Shown: piece after piece, positions 1 to 13,737 of the stretch
How the letters are laid out: every line of letters begins with the position of its first letter
Numbering within the stretch: position 1 is the first letter of the stretch
Assembly (NCBI RefSeq): GCF_009914755.1
Contig: NC_060935.1
DNA length: 64,000 nucleotides
Direction: 5' to 3' (one strand)
Source: the human T2T-CHM13v2.0 reference genome, Homo sapiens
Notes under the pieces: generated by a model
Database searches by the model: none
Told to the model about the DNA's origin: nothing
What the model saw: the letters and a program-made list of their open reading frames with translations, nothing else
Translations under genes and position numbers: made by a program

Positions 1-139
1 GAATGGGACTGTGAGGCCACAGGTACAGATCTGAAAAGTAACTCTCTTGCTCAATTGTTCTTTAATTCTAATTAGTGCTCACAGATGTCTTACTTTTTGC
101 TAATGTGGATATGAATAACTGGTTTTACATTTAAGGAAC

Positions 140-1320
<1,181 letters not shown>

Positions 1321-2149
1321 AAAGGATTGCAGATTTATATTCCTTTGGTTTCTCCGCTGAGTTTTCAGTATCTCCTGAGAACTCAGGCTCCTTCTAGTAT
1401 CTTAAGAGCAACTGATAAAATTTTCCTTTAGTGAAGTCTAGAAGAATAGCCAAACTTACTCTTAAAAAATCAAAAACAAAAAAACTCATGCCTACCCAGT
1501 CTCATAATTTCTAGTTTGATCTAATTCTCTTTCCCTGGGACCTAATTCAAGCAGCAGATTGTATCAGAAAATTATTTCCATTTCCAGAGTAAAAAAACTT
1601 AATGTCCAGATATTTCAAGATAGAAGGGAAAGGATAGCACTGTTTTTACTCAATTTCTATAAAAGCCTGCTTGCTAGCTTGAGTTTTGTGGACAAGTCTT
1701 TATATATCATGAAACTGTGGGTATAAAAATGGAAACTGCTTGCTTCCATAGAAATGGAAGGGCTTGCGTCAAAGAGCTTCAGTTGAACAAGGGAGACAGA
1801 AAATGCTCTATACTTAGTATAAACATTATAATATAGATATAGTCTTGTGATTCTAGCTCTACAATAAGTGACTTTGGAGGGTTAGATGAAATCTTATTTT
1901 GTATTGATTTTTTCCCCCCTATATATAGATTCACTAAAGAATGTATTTGAAGAATGAGTATATGTGTGGATATTTTTAGGGGATGAAGTAATAATTCAGA
2001 GACCATGTTTTGCAAACTTGTTCACCTCTTAAGACATTTTGTTTTAGTAAGGGATGATCTCTTCATTTGTATTAACAGGGTATGCTAAATTTTTTTGAGC
2101 TGATCTATGTAATTGCATACTAACAAAATTTCTTTTTCCTGCTTTTCAG

Positions 2150-2331
2150 CTATTCAAGTACACTGCACCCAGTTTTGGTTCTTTGCCAGGATTAAACCCA
2201 CGATATTTTACAATTTGTATGTGAACCCCGATGAAGTGTTTCTAGGAGATGGCTGCCATGTAACCCATGTTTTGCCAAATGTCTACTATGAGTTTTTCTA
2301 CCATCCTCATGACTGTGGTATTGTAACTCAA
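2150..2331 (+). CDS. OOSP1: OOSP1 exon 2 (ZP-N domain first half: IQVHCTQFWFFARIKP...GDGCHVTH...HDCGIVTQ)
   Basis: Branch point TACTAAC, polypyrimidine tract and CAG acceptor (AG 2148-2149); GTAAGA donor at 2332. The C-x-x-x-W-F, LGxGC and DCG motifs are typical of OOSP/PLAC1 ZP-N, and the peptide matches my recollection of human OOSP1. Confidence 0.92.
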
Positions 2332-2367
2332 GTAAGAAATGGCTATCTTACTTAAAACCCAAGTGTC

Positions 2368-2676
2368 CAGGTGTGTGATGTTCCCCTTCCTGTGTCCATG
2401 TGTTCTCATTGCTCAATTCCCACCTATGAGTGAGAACATGTGGTGTTTGGTTTTTTGTCCTTGCGATAGTTTGCTAAGAATGATGGTTTCTAGCTTCATG
2501 GGGCCTGTTGTGGGGTGGGGGGAGGGGAGAGGGATAGCATTAGGAGATATAACTAATGTTAAATGACGAGTTAATGGGTGCAGCACACCAACATGGCACA
2601 TGTATACATATGTAACAAACCTGCACGTTGTGCACACGTACCCTAAAACTTAAAGTATAAAAAAAAAACCAACAAA
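2368..2676 (+). mobile_element. 5'-inverted, truncated L1PA insertion
   Basis: 2368-2499 is antisense L1 3'UTR, followed by sense 3' end and A tail; TSD AAAACCCAAGTGTC at 2354-2367 and 2677-2690. Confidence 0.92.
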
Positions 2677-3249
2677 AAAACCCAAGTGTCTTATGGTTCC
2701 TTCAACATACCTACAAACTAGAAGTCATTAAGTGTCTATTTGTAATATGGCTAGACTCTTTAATGATCACATTTAGGACAGAAGCAGTTAAGAAAGGAGA
2801 TGCTAAATGCTTTTCTCTTGTTAGGTGGTAATTGCAAACACTAATTATTCATTTAGTGATGGAGCAGGCGGGAGAGTTGAAGGTTTTGAAGGAAGAAAGT
2901 ATTTTCCATGCATCAGAAAGTTTTTCAACAGTTTCTCTAACTAATTATTTATTATAATTCATGAAGTTTGGTCAATTGCGACCAGAATGAGGGAGTAACA
3001 CTAATCAAGCATCAGAAGCCTTTTCAAAGTAAATATTCAGTGATCTCCCAGCCCTAGCCCCTACTCACCAGATATTTTGGGTTAACTAAGTCATTGTGCA
3101 TATCACTGATAAAAGTATAACTGGAATTTTGACTTAATTTAAAAAGTTTTTAAAGTTAGTAAAATCTTGCTATGATATTACTTATTTTTTTCATTATCCC
3201 AAATAAAACGCTAAAAGAATTAATAGAACTTGATCAGGTTTAGATAAAT

Positions 3250-3620
3250 TCCACAGATTGGGTAACACAGAAAGCAAAAGCAAAATTTGAGGTAGAGTTG
3301 AGTGTGCGGAATATTTATTAAGAAGTGTTTTTGGGAGAAAGAAGATTGGGCAAAGGGCAAAGCTGAGCTGTGATGCAGGCTTAGAGACAGCTTTGGCTGA
3401 CCCTGCACAGGGCTTCACATTCCTGCTGGGTAGGTGATCAGAAGTGGGCCACCCTGGGAGAGGGGTGTGGCCAGGGGTAAGACAGCCCTCAGCAGCTACA
3501 TAATTCCTGGAGGGGGTGAGAGCTGAAGGCTGAAGGCTATCTGGTAACAGCATTCCTAGCAGCTGGGTCAACAAGCCCTTAGGGGATCTGGGAAGCACAT
3601 TACAGGTCTAATACACCACA
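3250..3620. mobile_element. Old ERVL-type LTR fragment (LTR16/33-like)
   Basis: Resemblance to consensus from memory only. Confidence 0.4.
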
Positions 3621-4470
3621 GCAGGTATTAGGGGGGCACTATCAACCTTGATATAAACTGCGGGGGGGGGCAGGGAATATTCAAATGTTAACTGAATAAT
3701 CTGGGTGGTGGTAGTATGTTAATTTCATTTTATCTATGCTTATATTTTCAAATTATCCAATGAGAGCAGGATATATCTGAGACGGGAACATTTAAAATTA
3801 TGTAATGAATATGGGTATCTCTGAATCATCATATCCTCCTATGCTGTCAAAGATTGGGCCTTATATTGAGAACCATATGCTAAATGTTCTTAGAAAAATA
3901 TTTTACTATTAATTGTCTTAACTCCATTCCACCCCACCCCCCTGAAAACAGCTATACTTCCTGTTAGGTATTTACTATATGCTGATAACTTAATCACTAT
4001 TATTCTTTACCACCATAATTATTGCTTTTTTTAGAAATAAGAAAACAGACTTAATTGTTTAAACACGGTTTCCAAGGATTCATGATGAATAGAGGCAGCT
4101 CCAAGATTCCAAATGTGATTCATATGATCTCAAAGCCCATGCTCGCTTTGAATAAGCAATGTATCACTACAACTGTGTGTCTCAAAAAGAGGTGTCAATT
4201 GCTTTCTTGAATGTGAATCACAAAGCTCCTTTCTCTTTTAACTAACAAGTATTGCTTGCCTTTTATGTGCAAGCACTGTGCCAGATTTTAACCCATCTGT
4301 CAGTTTGGAAAATGGTCCTGTTTCCTGTGAACAGATGCTATTTATAGTTGAGTGAGAGTGTGACCATTTTTAGAAAGCTTGATGTATCTATAAATTCCTA
4401 TTTAAATGCCTGTAAGTTTCCTGAGATACTTGAGACAAACATGGGTTTAAAACCTCTCTTTGTCTTGTAG

Positions 4471-4568
4471 CCTCTCCAGGAAGTTCTTCTGCTTAAAACT
4501 AAAATCAGGTATATCTCAAGAGACTCTACTGTCCGATCTGAAATGCCTCTGTCGTGTGTCGTCCACAA
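4471..4568 (+). CDS. OOSP1: OOSP1 exon 3 (PLQEVLLLKTKIRYISRDSTVRSEMPLSCVVH)
   Basis: TTGTAG acceptor and GTGAGT donor; 98 nt, phase 0 to 2, the same length as exon 3 of both downstream paralogues; carries the fourth ZP-N Cys. Confidence 0.92.
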
Positions 4569-4761
4569 GTGAGTATGGAATGCCAAACCCCTGTCCTAGC
4601 CCCTGGCTTCATTTACTGTCCAGACAAAAATGCCAAACCTGAAAGGTTAAATGGTACAACCAGTGATGGGAGTTGGGGAGACACCAAACCCTAATGGGAA
4701 CACAGATCTCTTGATCCTTGGTGTCTTAGTCCTCTGTTGCATTGCTATAAAGAGAAATGCT

Positions 4762-5112
<351 letters not shown>

Positions 5113-5342
5113 TTAATTGGCTCATTGTTCTGCAAGCTGTGCAGGAAGCATGGCTGGGGAGACCTCAGAGTTTTTACTCATGGCGGAAGGCAACGGAAGG
5201 CAACAGAAGGCAAAGCTGGAGCAGGCATACTCACGTGGCTGGAGCAGGAGGAAGTGGTCGGGGGAGGTGCTGCACACTTTTAAAAAACCACATCTCCCGA
5301 GAACTGTATCATGAGACCAGCACCAAAGGGATGGTGCTAAAC

Positions 5343-5671
5343 TAGGGGTCCATAACCCCTGAGCCATGGACATGCAGTGGTCCCTTGCCTGTCAGGAACC
5401 TGGCAGCACAGAAGGAGGTGAGCAGCAAGCCAGCATTACCACCTGAGCTGTACCTCCTCTCAGATTAGTAGTGGCATTGGATTCTCATAGGAGCACGAAC
5501 CCTATTGTGAACTTCGCATGTGAGGGATCTAGGTTGCGCACTCCTTATGAGAATCTAATGCCTGGTGATCTGAGGTGGAACAGTTGCATCCCCAAACCAT
5601 CACCCCCTATCAGTGCAAAAATTGTCTTCCACAAAATTGGCCCCTGGTGCCAAAACGTTTGGGGACTGCCG
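5343..5671 (+). mobile_element. MER1B (hAT-Charlie MITE)
   Basis: Consensus-like body; 8-bp TSD TGCTAAAC at 5335-5342 and 5672-5679. Confidence 0.9.
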
Positions 5672-6216
5672 TGCTAAACCATTCGTGAAGGGTCCACCTC
5701 CGTGACCCCATCACCTCCCACCAGGTTCCATCTCCAATATTGGGGATTACAATGAACATGAGATTCGAGTGGGGACACAGATTCCAAACCATATCACTTG
5801 GTCTTGTATTCTTCAAAAGTTGTTACAACTGTCCCCTAGAACATAGGAATACTAGGAATATTATTGAAAAATGAAATGATGACTTATTTTTCTATATAAG
5901 TGTCAGGGTCCCTGAAAACCTGATAGGTTTTCACCAACCAAATCAAGTTATTTCAGTTATTTAAACTTGAACCCATATGCAAGTTTCCTGAAGGCAATAG
6001 AGAAAGCATAATGAAGTCTAAAAGACACTGAACTCATCAGGTTGTCAAGATCAGCATGTACTATGCAGGGCTGACAGTGTTGGGAGAGAGACATCTTAAA
6101 ACAGGATTTGTGGGTTAAGATTGGGTCTTTTTTTTTTTTTTTATTAATTGACATCTTGAGAAAGTCTAAGTGCTTATTTCATATTATATGCCTGTATCAA
6201 AATATCTCATCTACCA

Positions 6217-6265
<49 letters not shown>

Positions 6266-6274
6266 GTCTATCTA
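6217..6274 (+). repeat. (TATC)n microsatellite within an L1 3'-end fragment
   Basis: Read directly. Confidence 0.95.
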
Positions 6275-6479
6275 CTATGTACCCACAAAAACTAAAAATA
6301 AAAAAATTTAGAAAATTAATAACCATTTTGATTAGGTCTTAGCAAAAGTGTGATATATTTGGCAGGACTTTGGACAATTTTTCAATTAGGTTTTTCTGGT
6401 TAAAATCCTGAACTGAAATTTTTTTTCCCTGAGTAATTACAGAAGAGCCATATTACATAGAGCTCTTCCCACAGATAAT

Positions 6480-6870
6480 TATAATAGCAGCTAACATTTA
6501 TTAATCACTTACCATATGCCTACACTGTGCTTGTATGAATGTATTTTTTCCTTCTGCTAACTCAATGAGGTAGATATTCTTCTTCTTTTTTTTTGATTTT
6601 TAAGTGGTTGAGCCTCCTTATTTTGTTCAGGCCGATCTTGAACTTCTGGGTTCAAGGAAGTCTCTCTCCTCAGTCTCCACGTAGCTGGGACTATAGGCAC
6701 CCAGCTATGGTGGTAGATACTATTATGCCAAATTCAGGATGAGAAAATTGAAACAGAGAAATTAAGTTACTTGGTCAACATCATTTGCTGGTAGATGGTG
6801 GAATCAAGAAGTGAACCCAGAAGTCTGTTTTTTAAGTCTTTGCTTCTTAGCACCACAAATACTGCCTGTG
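6480..6870. mobile_element. MIR interrupted by an Alu monomer fragment (about 6580-6710)
   Basis: MIR core GATGAGAAAATTGAAACAGAGAAATTAAG; Alu GTAGCTGGGACTATAGGC. Confidence 0.65.
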
Positions 6871-7029
6871 ATGTTCTGGGGTGGGGTGTGTTGGGGAGTG
6901 GTGGCGGGAAGCAGAAATCAATACATCTACTAATAACAGGAATTTGGCCCCAAGTTCAGCCTTGTAAATGCTAGGATCTGAGTAGATCTTAACCACTATG
7001 TGATATTTTTCTATCTTCTCTTATTTTAG

Positions 7030-7159
7030 TCAGCATCATCTTTTAAATGCAGTTGAAATGAGAGATGGGGAAACTGACAATGTTAATGAATGGGAGATAG
7101 AGGTGAGGATACACATTGCGAATGAAGACATGGGCAGTAACTTCTGCAACACAATCTTG
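7030..7159 (+). CDS. OOSP1: OOSP1 exon 4 (NQHHLLNAVEMRDGETDNVNEWEIEVRIHIANEDMGSNFCNTIL)
   Basis: TTTTAG acceptor and GTAAGA donor at 7160; in frame with exon 3 (phase 2) and open throughout. Confidence 0.85.
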
Positions 7160-8002
7160 GTAAGAACCCTTCAAAACTGGCATCTTATGATTTTTGTCCA
7201 GGTATGTCCTAGATACCAGTCAATACAATTGTCAAGGAAATGGCACACATTTGTGTTAAGGTGCATTGTGCCTAAAATGTTTCCGGTTCAAGAATGCAAA
7301 TTCATGATTTCCTATGTTTGTTGGAGATTTTATTGATCATGGTGGTCTTGATAATCTGTTACTAACTGGGAACCCCATATAACTAAGAGCTATCCATTTT
7401 GGGTATTATGTGAAATACTATAATTAACTTAAAAAGAAAATACCTATCAATTTCAATATCAATAAAGTTCTGAATTGTAATAAATGAGTATTAACACTGA
7501 GCCTACAAAGTGGCTTAGATATGTTGATGATCCCTGGGAAAGTGAACTCAGAAGTGTCATAAGTCTGTGTTGCAGCTTTTCCCAGGAAGTACCAAATGAC
7601 TGTAAGGTAGTACAGTTTTTCATTCTTGAGCCCCATATGAAGGTATATTATGAAAAATCCACACACATTAATATCTGGCTATTAATAAAAGGATGGAGCT
7701 GTGTTTAATAGAGAGTAAACAGGATACCTAGAACATTTGGGATGTACTTCATAGCTTAGAGGGCAAAAGTATCCTTATTCACTTATACACACATCACACT
7801 TGAATCATTAAACACTTAAGGATTAGTCTCAAGGATAGAACATATACTTTCTTTCTTCTCCTCCCTTACCTCCCACTTACACCTTCTCCTTCATTTCCAT
7901 ACATATACTTTGCTTTACTTATGAATAACAGGCTCTTAGAAGTAGGGAAGTAATGTTTACATTGGGACGTATATTTTACTGTCTTTCTTCCATTTTGGTA
8001 AG

Positions 8003-8119
8003 AATCTGACTGCTACACTCCCTCGTTCATCAAATGAGTACCTTTATTGCAAGAGAAGAAACTGTTCTGTCCCCTTTGATATTGAGAGGCAATTTGGAAT
8101 CTCTGCCATGATTGCTTAG
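8003..8119 (+). CDS. OOSP1: Candidate proximal (ancestral) terminal exon of OOSP1: NLTATLPRSSNEYLYCKRRNCSVPFDIERQFGISAMIA*
   Basis: Polypyrimidine tract then AAG at 8000-8002; phase 0 open frame; AATAAA at 8222 and 8305; about 840 nt from exon 4, versus about 760-790 nt for intron 4 of the paralogues. The acceptor is weak. Confidence 0.4.
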   Translation, partial: NLTATLPRSSNEYLYCKRRNCSVPFDIERQFGISAMIA

Positions 8120-8479
8120 GACTGAGGATTTAATGTGCTATTTTGTGAAAATCTGAGAAGCAGGAAGGGGATTTAATGCTCTCAACTGTTATCCATCTGA
8201 AAAACCTAAATTGTGATTTTAAATAAAAAGCAGGCTGCCTTCCACTATTCCCTTTTTAAAATAGGAACTGCCACTGCTCTTAACTTTATGAAGTTTTATT
8301 TATGAATAAAGTTTATACTACTATATATCTGTTTCTAGTTATTGCAAGACTGACTTGTATGTAATTTTAAGCTTCAATGCTCATTAGAAATAGGTTTTTA
8401 AGGGTACAGTTACTAACTCTTCTCAGTTGCTGATTCATGCCCTTAGCTAAGGCTTAGTTGTGGTTGGTCCTGGTAACAG

Positions 8480-10160
8480 TGCCTAATCATTCATTTATTC
8501 CACAAAGAATCCCTCATGGAGTTCACACTTTAGTAGGAGGAGGCAGAGTATACACAAAAAACATACTCTATGGTATTTTAAGAAAGAGTAAATGCACCTT
8601 AGGGAACAGAGGCAGAGTAAGAAGACAGGGAATACTTGGGTGAGGGTTGTGGTCCTTAATATGGCATCAGGGAAGGCATCCGTCAAAGGTGATGATTGAG
8701 GAAAGAGCTCAAGGAAGTGAGAAAATGAGCCCCGCAGATCCTGGAGGGAAGGCCGTTCACACATGTACCCTAAAACTTAAAGTATAATAATAATAAAATT
8801 AAAAAAAAAAGAATATGGGAACAGCTGATGTAAAGTCACTGAGTGTTTGCAGAACAAGGCCAGCATGATTGGAGAGGGAAAGTCATACAGGTGAGGTCTT
8901 AAAACAACAACTGAAACATCTAAAACAATGAGTGGAGTACCTCATCTAATGTCTCAAAGTTGATTGACACACTTGGCTTTTGTTTGAAATAAGATGGGCA
9001 CCCCCTGGAAAGCTCCAAATGGAGGAGTGACATGATCTGACTTGGATTTTTATGATCAGGATCACCCTGGCTGCTGGATGGAGAATGGATACCAAGAGGA
9101 AGCAGCGACTGAAGTAGGGAGAAGGATTAGGTAGTGATGACTACAAGGCCAATGGTCCTCAGCTAGGGGCAATTTTACCCTCTGGGGGATGTATCTGGAA
9201 GCAGCTTTGTTCATTACAGTGATGGTGTTAGTGTCCTACTGGCATCTGTATAGACCCAGGGATGCTGCTGAACATCTACAGTGCCTAAGACAGCCACTGA
9301 TGACAAAGAGATTTCCGGGCCCAGAGTCAATAGCACTGAGGATGAGAACCCTGGTTTAGATGTAGCATGGATTTCATAGGAAGAGTTCAGGTCAATTGAT
9401 CTAAAGATTTGCAGACAGCTAGATATGAAATATGTTAGAGGAATCTGGAGAGTTTAGGATTTATGAGCTACTACAAAGTGGGAGATGCTACTGTCTTGGA
9501 TAAAAATGTGGAAGATGTTGGTTCGGAAACCTTATTTTGAAAATGCCATGTTTAAGATGCTGCTTAGATCTCCAAGAGGAGAGAGCAAGTGAGTAGTTGA
9601 ATATAGAGGTCTAGAGTTCAGAGGGAGAAGGTCCAGACTGGATGTAGAACATTAGGATTCATCAGTACATACTAATACTTAAAGCCAGTAAGATTGCATG
9701 AGTTCAAAGCAAAGAAGTAAGGAAAATGAAGACAATCAGTCCAAGGTTTGGGTCTTGGCATATCCAATGTTAAGAGGTTGCTGAGAGAAGGCAGAGCCTT
9801 TGAATGAGCCAAAGAGAAGACAGTAAGGTCAATTGGAAGTAAAACCAGGGCAGAGTGGGGTCCTGGGAGCCGTGCAGGTGGAGTTGTCAGCTGTATCTTC
9901 TGTTGCTGAAAAGTTAAGTGGGATGAGAACTAAGCGTTGTCCATTAGATCCAGCAATGTGAGGGGCATTGATGACTTTGATAAAAGACAGTTTTGGTGGA
10001 GAGGTATGGGTGAAAATTGGTTGGGTCAGCTTTAAGGAAGTATGAGAAGAAAGAAACCCAAAGGTATGAGTACAGGTGGCTTTTTCTAGGAGTACGGCTG
10101 TAAAGAGAAAAATAGAAATGGGGTCATTGTAGGGGAAAGTGGAGACAGAAACTAGTGTAT
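8480..10160. mobile_element. L2 fragments with a MER20-like insertion (about 9150-9355) and a very short L1PA tail (about 8758-8810)
   Basis: Purine-rich L2-like text; MER20-type end GAGAACCCTGGTTTAGA; L1 tail CACATGTACCCTAAAACTTAAAGTATAATAA. Confidence 0.65.
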
Positions 10161-10847
10161 AAGATAAGTACCTGCACATGGTAATAGTTTTTTTTTTATA
10201 GATTACCATGAATTTCTGAATACTTTTTAAAGAGATCCAGATGTTTAAGAAATGATTAAGAAATTTTGGCTTCAGAGTTGTGTCCTTAAATAAAAACTGC
10301 CTGCATTACTATCATATGATAGTAAAAAGTCCCAAACATTTATAATAATCACTACAGCTATTTATGATAAATTATCAAATTGCAAAAAAATCCAAACTAG
10401 TGTACAGGTGGAGGGATAAGATGGATTGCTGAAATGCTGAATATAAAAAAAGGTGGGTAGAAGGTTGAGGCACATCAGTAAGTCAGGTGGGGTAACCTCG
10501 TATTGCTCAAATTACCTCCACAATAACAGATCCTAAAATTAAAAAAAAAAAACATGGCATGAAATTATACACATTTACTTTTCTGTCACTACCATAGACC
10601 TGAAAAAGAGACAGATCGCTGAGCACAGTTTTCATGCTTACTTTACCTACTCTCTTGAACTTTAGAGCCCAGGTAATCAGGAAAGGCTAGGATTTTTAGA
10701 AAATTGGGCTGAGTACATGGTAAAGCATTAGAAGGTGTGCATATACAGCGCCTGAATTCATTGCGAGCTATAAAGTCACACGAGGCAGCGGGTGGGCTTC
10801 ATTTTGTGGTCTGCATCCTGAGAGGTTGTTGCTTTGGATCTGGTATC

Positions 10848-10923
10848 ATGAAGGCTCTCTTGGAGTTAGCTTTAGCTCATCTCCTTGTTGCTGTGATTTT
10901 TCTGGGTGTGGAGAACCAAGCAG
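10848..10923 (+). pseudogene. Exon 1 remnant of a decayed OOSP-like gene (signal peptide MKALLELALAHLLVAVIFLGVENQA)
   Basis: TATAAA at 10769-10774, 79 nt upstream; ATG context TGGATCTGGTATCATGAAG resembles OOSP4A TGGAATCTGAAGCAATGAAG; hydrophobic leader; no phase-1 GT donor. Confidence 0.6.
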
Positions 10924-11519
10924 TATAAATCATACATTTCAGACATTTGCTCAAAGAGATGGTTTTTGTTGACAGGCTCAATGTGCGTGTCGAAGAAATG
11001 AACTGCATTTTTTTTTTTTTTTTTGAGATGGAGTCTCATTCTGTCGCCAGGCTAGAGTGCAGTGGCACAGTTTTTTTTTTTTTTTTTTTTTTTAGCTGAC
11101 AACCACTATTTGGACAAGTTTCCAAAATCATGCTTCCATCTTTATAATTTAAAAAGAAGTCAAACTTCCTAACTCGTCAGAATGCAAAAATTCATCAGCC
11201 TGATTAGTTCCAAAGGATTGATTGGTCAGCCAAGTAATTTCTTACTTTAATTTGAATCAATAGCTAAGAGAAAAAATATTTTTAACATTTCACTGATTCA
11301 TGTTATATTTGGTATAATATGAATCAATGGAATGGAATCAATGGTATAACATGAATCAATATTTAAAATGGAGCACTAGATATCAAGACCTACTATAAAA
11401 GCATTTGGTTAAGGTGGTACCTGTCATGTTGTAAAGTTATTTGTTATTTATTATAAAGTTATTTATCAGAGGCAAAAAATAGTATTTTGTTGGGAGGATG
11501 CTTAAATATCCTATTTCTT

Positions 11520-12090
11520 CAATATGGAGATTCCTTAAAGAGCTAAAAGTAAATCTATTTGATCTACCAATCTTACTACTTGGTATCTACCCAAAGGAAA
11601 ATAAGTCATTATATGAAGAAGACATGTATGCTTATAGCCACACAATTCACAATTGCAAAGATGTGGAACCAACCTAAGTGCCCACTGACAAATGAGTGGT
11701 AAAAAAAAATGTGGTCCATATATATACCATGGAATACAACTTGGTCATTAAAAGGAATGGCATAATGTCTTTTGCAGGAACTTGGATGGAGCTGGAGGCA
11801 ATTATTCTAAGTGAAGTAACACATGAGTGACAAACTAAAAACCCTCTGTTCTCACTTATAAGTGGGAGCCAAGCTATTAGTACACAAAGACATGCAGAGT
11901 GATATAATGGACTTTAGAGACTCAGAAGAGGGGGAAGTTGGGAGGGGTGCTAGGAATAAAACATGACATGTTAGGTACAATGTACACTACTTGGTCCTGG
12001 GTGCACTAAAATCTCAGAATTCACCACTATCTAATTCATCTATCTAACAAAAAAATCACTTGTACCCCCAAAGCTATTGAAACCAAAAAA
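11520..12090 (+). mobile_element. L1PB/L1MA 3' end
   Basis: L1 ORF2-end and 3'UTR motifs. Confidence 0.85.
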
Positions 12091-12761
12091 TTCCTGTTTC
12101 TTGTCAAATTTTTACTAGTTTTAGCATCCACTGATTTTTGTTCCAAGTAATTATTAATGTGGTGGCTGCAAATATTGATTTCTGCCCCACCTTTGCCCCC
12201 ATTCAATCGTTCCTTCTATTAGTTGGCATTCTTAGGTAAGTTAGAACTTGCCCCTTCCCATTTTCCATTATGTCTAATGAAGCTATATTAATACACATTT
12301 TCCTCTGGTTAGTATGTATGCTGTCTTTTTCTATTGGTTTATTTTTACATTTTTCTGTTTTCATGCTTTAAGCATGACCATTTCCTCCAGTGAGTTTGAT
12401 TTTCCTTCTGCCTATGGCTAGAAAATGTCCTTCGTCTTAGGAACTACTTCAGCCCCTTGATTATTCTGGCTTAGAGCAGGAGTCCCAGATTAAGCTTCCC
12501 TACCTGCTGTTGTGAGTTTTAGTACTTACAAAGGACTTTTGCTAGAGGAATTGGGCCCAGAGCAACTTTTCCCCTGTTGGCTTCCTTGTTGCTCAGTTTC
12601 CTGCTACTCAGGCTCTGGTCTCCTGACTTTGCTGCCTTGCTTCTGTTTCTAAGATTTCTCTTAGATCTCATATATATATATATTTTTTCTCTCTAGGAAG
12701 ATGATTCTGAACTGTTTCCTAAGACAGAAATGTACTGATGTGTTCTTGTTGGATCTTTCAG

Positions 12762-12941
12762 ACTTTGACATATACTGTACTCTTGATTCACTTCATGTCA
12801 AAATTAAAGCACTGACAGTTGATGATTGGTATGTGCTTTCTAATGCGGAGTCTCTGGAAAGTGGGTGTTCTGTAACCAATGTATGGCAAGACTTTTTGTA
12901 TGTTTCTGTACCCTACAACTGATGGTGGCATCAAATCTCAG
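12762..12941 (+). pseudogene. Exon 2 remnant of a decayed OOSP-like gene (FDIYCTLDSLHVKIK...SLESGCSVTNV.../YPTTDGGIKSQ)
   Basis: TTTCAG acceptor; ZP-N Cys1 and Cys2 motifs; 180 nt versus 179 in OOSP4A (frameshift, TGA 12920-12922); Cys3 replaced by Gly; donor ACAAGAGCAATTGCTATTT versus OOSP4A GTAAGAGCAGTTATTATTT. Confidence 0.75.
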
Positions 12942-13147
12942 ACAAGAGCAATTGCTATTTTTCTTGGTTGGGTTGTTTGGGCAGCCCAGAAATCAGCTGC
13001 CTCAGAGAAGGTCCTTGTAAAGCAAGGCTAATCTGATTTTTACAAATATATTTTTTCAGAACATAGGAAATCGACATGTAATATAGATAATAGTTCCTTG
13101 CCTGTCAGTCAATGAATTAAACCTCTTAAGCATATTGAGCTCTAGGA

Positions 13148-13737
13148 TAGGGATTGGCAAACTTGTTCTGTAAAAGTCTCCATAATATAGTCATGAGTTG
13201 CTTACTAATCGGAATATGTTCTGAGAAATGCATTGCTAGGTGATTTCATCATTGTGCAAACTTCATAGAGTGTACTTACACAAACCTAGATGGCATAGCC
13301 CATTTTACACCTAGGCTATATGGAATAGCCTGTTGCTTCTAGGATACAAACCTGAACAGCATGTTACTGTGCTGGATACTGCAGGCAACTGTATCACATT
13401 GGTATCTGTGTATCAAAACATATGTAAACATAGAAAAGATAAACAGGGTACACGTGTATAGAGAAGCTCCATTATAATCTCATGGGAACACAGTCATGTA
13501 TGTGGTCTCTTCTTGACCAAAATATCATTGTGCAATGTAACTGTATGCATTTTAGGCTTTGTAGATCATAAAGTTTCTGTTGCAACTACTCAGCTCTGCC
13601 CTTGTTCCATGAAAGCAGACATGTGCAGTACGTAAACAAATAAGCATGGCCACATGTATTCTAATAAATTTTTTTTTTTACCAAAATAGGTAGTGGGCTA
13701 GATTTGGCTTGTGGGCTGTAGTTTGCTGAACCCTGCT
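13148..13737. mobile_element. MER58-like element split by a Tigger3-type (MER7) element (about 13188-13545)
   Basis: GGATTGGCAAAC...GTTTGCTGAACCCTG ends; internal GTTCTGAGAAATGC...TACACAAACCTAGATGG. Confidence 0.75.

Noticed and set aside
4569-4642. Alternative OOSP1 ending (HKQKCQT*) through the CAG at 4621-4623
   Set aside because: It needs a 55-nt intron, below the usual human minimum, and a good exon 4 exists at 7030.
7484-7708. 74-aa ORF in OOSP1 intron 4
   Set aside because: No family similarity or supporting splice structure.
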